Translations under genes and position numbers: made by a program
Shown here: positions 62,566 through 62,654 of the stretch, one piece after another
Numbering within the stretch: the stretch's first letter is position 1
Layout: every line of letters starts with the position of its first letter
Origin: a virus
Virus record (IMG/VR): IMGVR_UViG_3300045988_095058
Length of the DNA stretch: 62,654 nucleotides
Strand: one strand, 5' to 3'
Notes under the pieces: model-generated
Seen by the model: the letters and a program-made list of their open reading frames with translations, nothing else
Database searches by the model: none
What the model was told of the DNA's origin: nothing

Positions 62566-62654
62566 GCTCTGAAATAAAAATCTAAAGAAACTGAAAAAAG
62601 ATTACATAGTAAATACATATTTTCTCCAGATATTTACCCTAACTTATGTAGAAA
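62556..62654. repeat. Terminal direct repeat, right copy (identical to 1..99)
   Basis: Read directly; 99 of 99 nt identical. Confidence 0.95.

Noticed and set aside
1-62654. Stop-codon reassignment (TAG or TGA recoding), tRNA genes, and introns or inteins
   Set aside because: Genes read through cleanly with the standard code and end at TAA, TAG or TGA next to the following RBS. I saw no cloverleaf-like sequences and no interrupted polymerase or terminase motifs.

Overview
This window is a complete phage genome. The first 99 nt are identical to the last 99 nt, so the contig closes on itself into 62555 unique bp. It looks like a temperate, contractile-tailed phage of a low-GC Gram-positive host, probably a spore-forming clostridial one. 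Supporting features are AGGAGG ribosome-binding sites, a PBSX/Xkd-like tail and baseplate, an XhlA-holin-CHAP/LysM lysis cassette, a large serine integrase, a CI-like repressor switch, a phage sigma factor and a SpoIIID-like regulator. All genes are on the + strand except the repressor. Modules in order are: scaffold, capsid and head-tail joining (172-3673); sheath, tube, frameshifted chaperone, tape measure and baseplate (3687-13547); a tail fibre diversified by a diversity-generating retroelement (DGR, 13567-17123); lysis (17727-19372); integrase (19609-21327); replication, recombination, regulation and nucleotide metabolism (21407-52530); and packaging and head morphogenesis (52840-61412). 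The strongest finding is the DGR. A 127-bp variable repeat (VR) at the 3' end of the tail-fibre gene and a template repeat (TR) 234 bp downstream differ at 27 positions, and every one is an adenine in the TR. A reverse transcriptase with YMDD and IGNYVSQ motifs follows, and no Avd-like accessory gene is apparent. Other points worth a second look: (1) a bipartite motif, TCTAAA-N14-GTGATTAGGTTA..TATCA, in 12 copies in front of gene cassettes; (2) a G10 tract that breaks the frame of an MT-A70 methyltransferase, plus a second intergenic G10; (3) a 13-unit 27-bp in-frame tandem repeat; (4) a MuF head protein fused to a C-terminal domain carrying HExxH; (5) a four-operator lysis/lysogeny switch. 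Protein family names come from motif recognition by eye, not from database searches.
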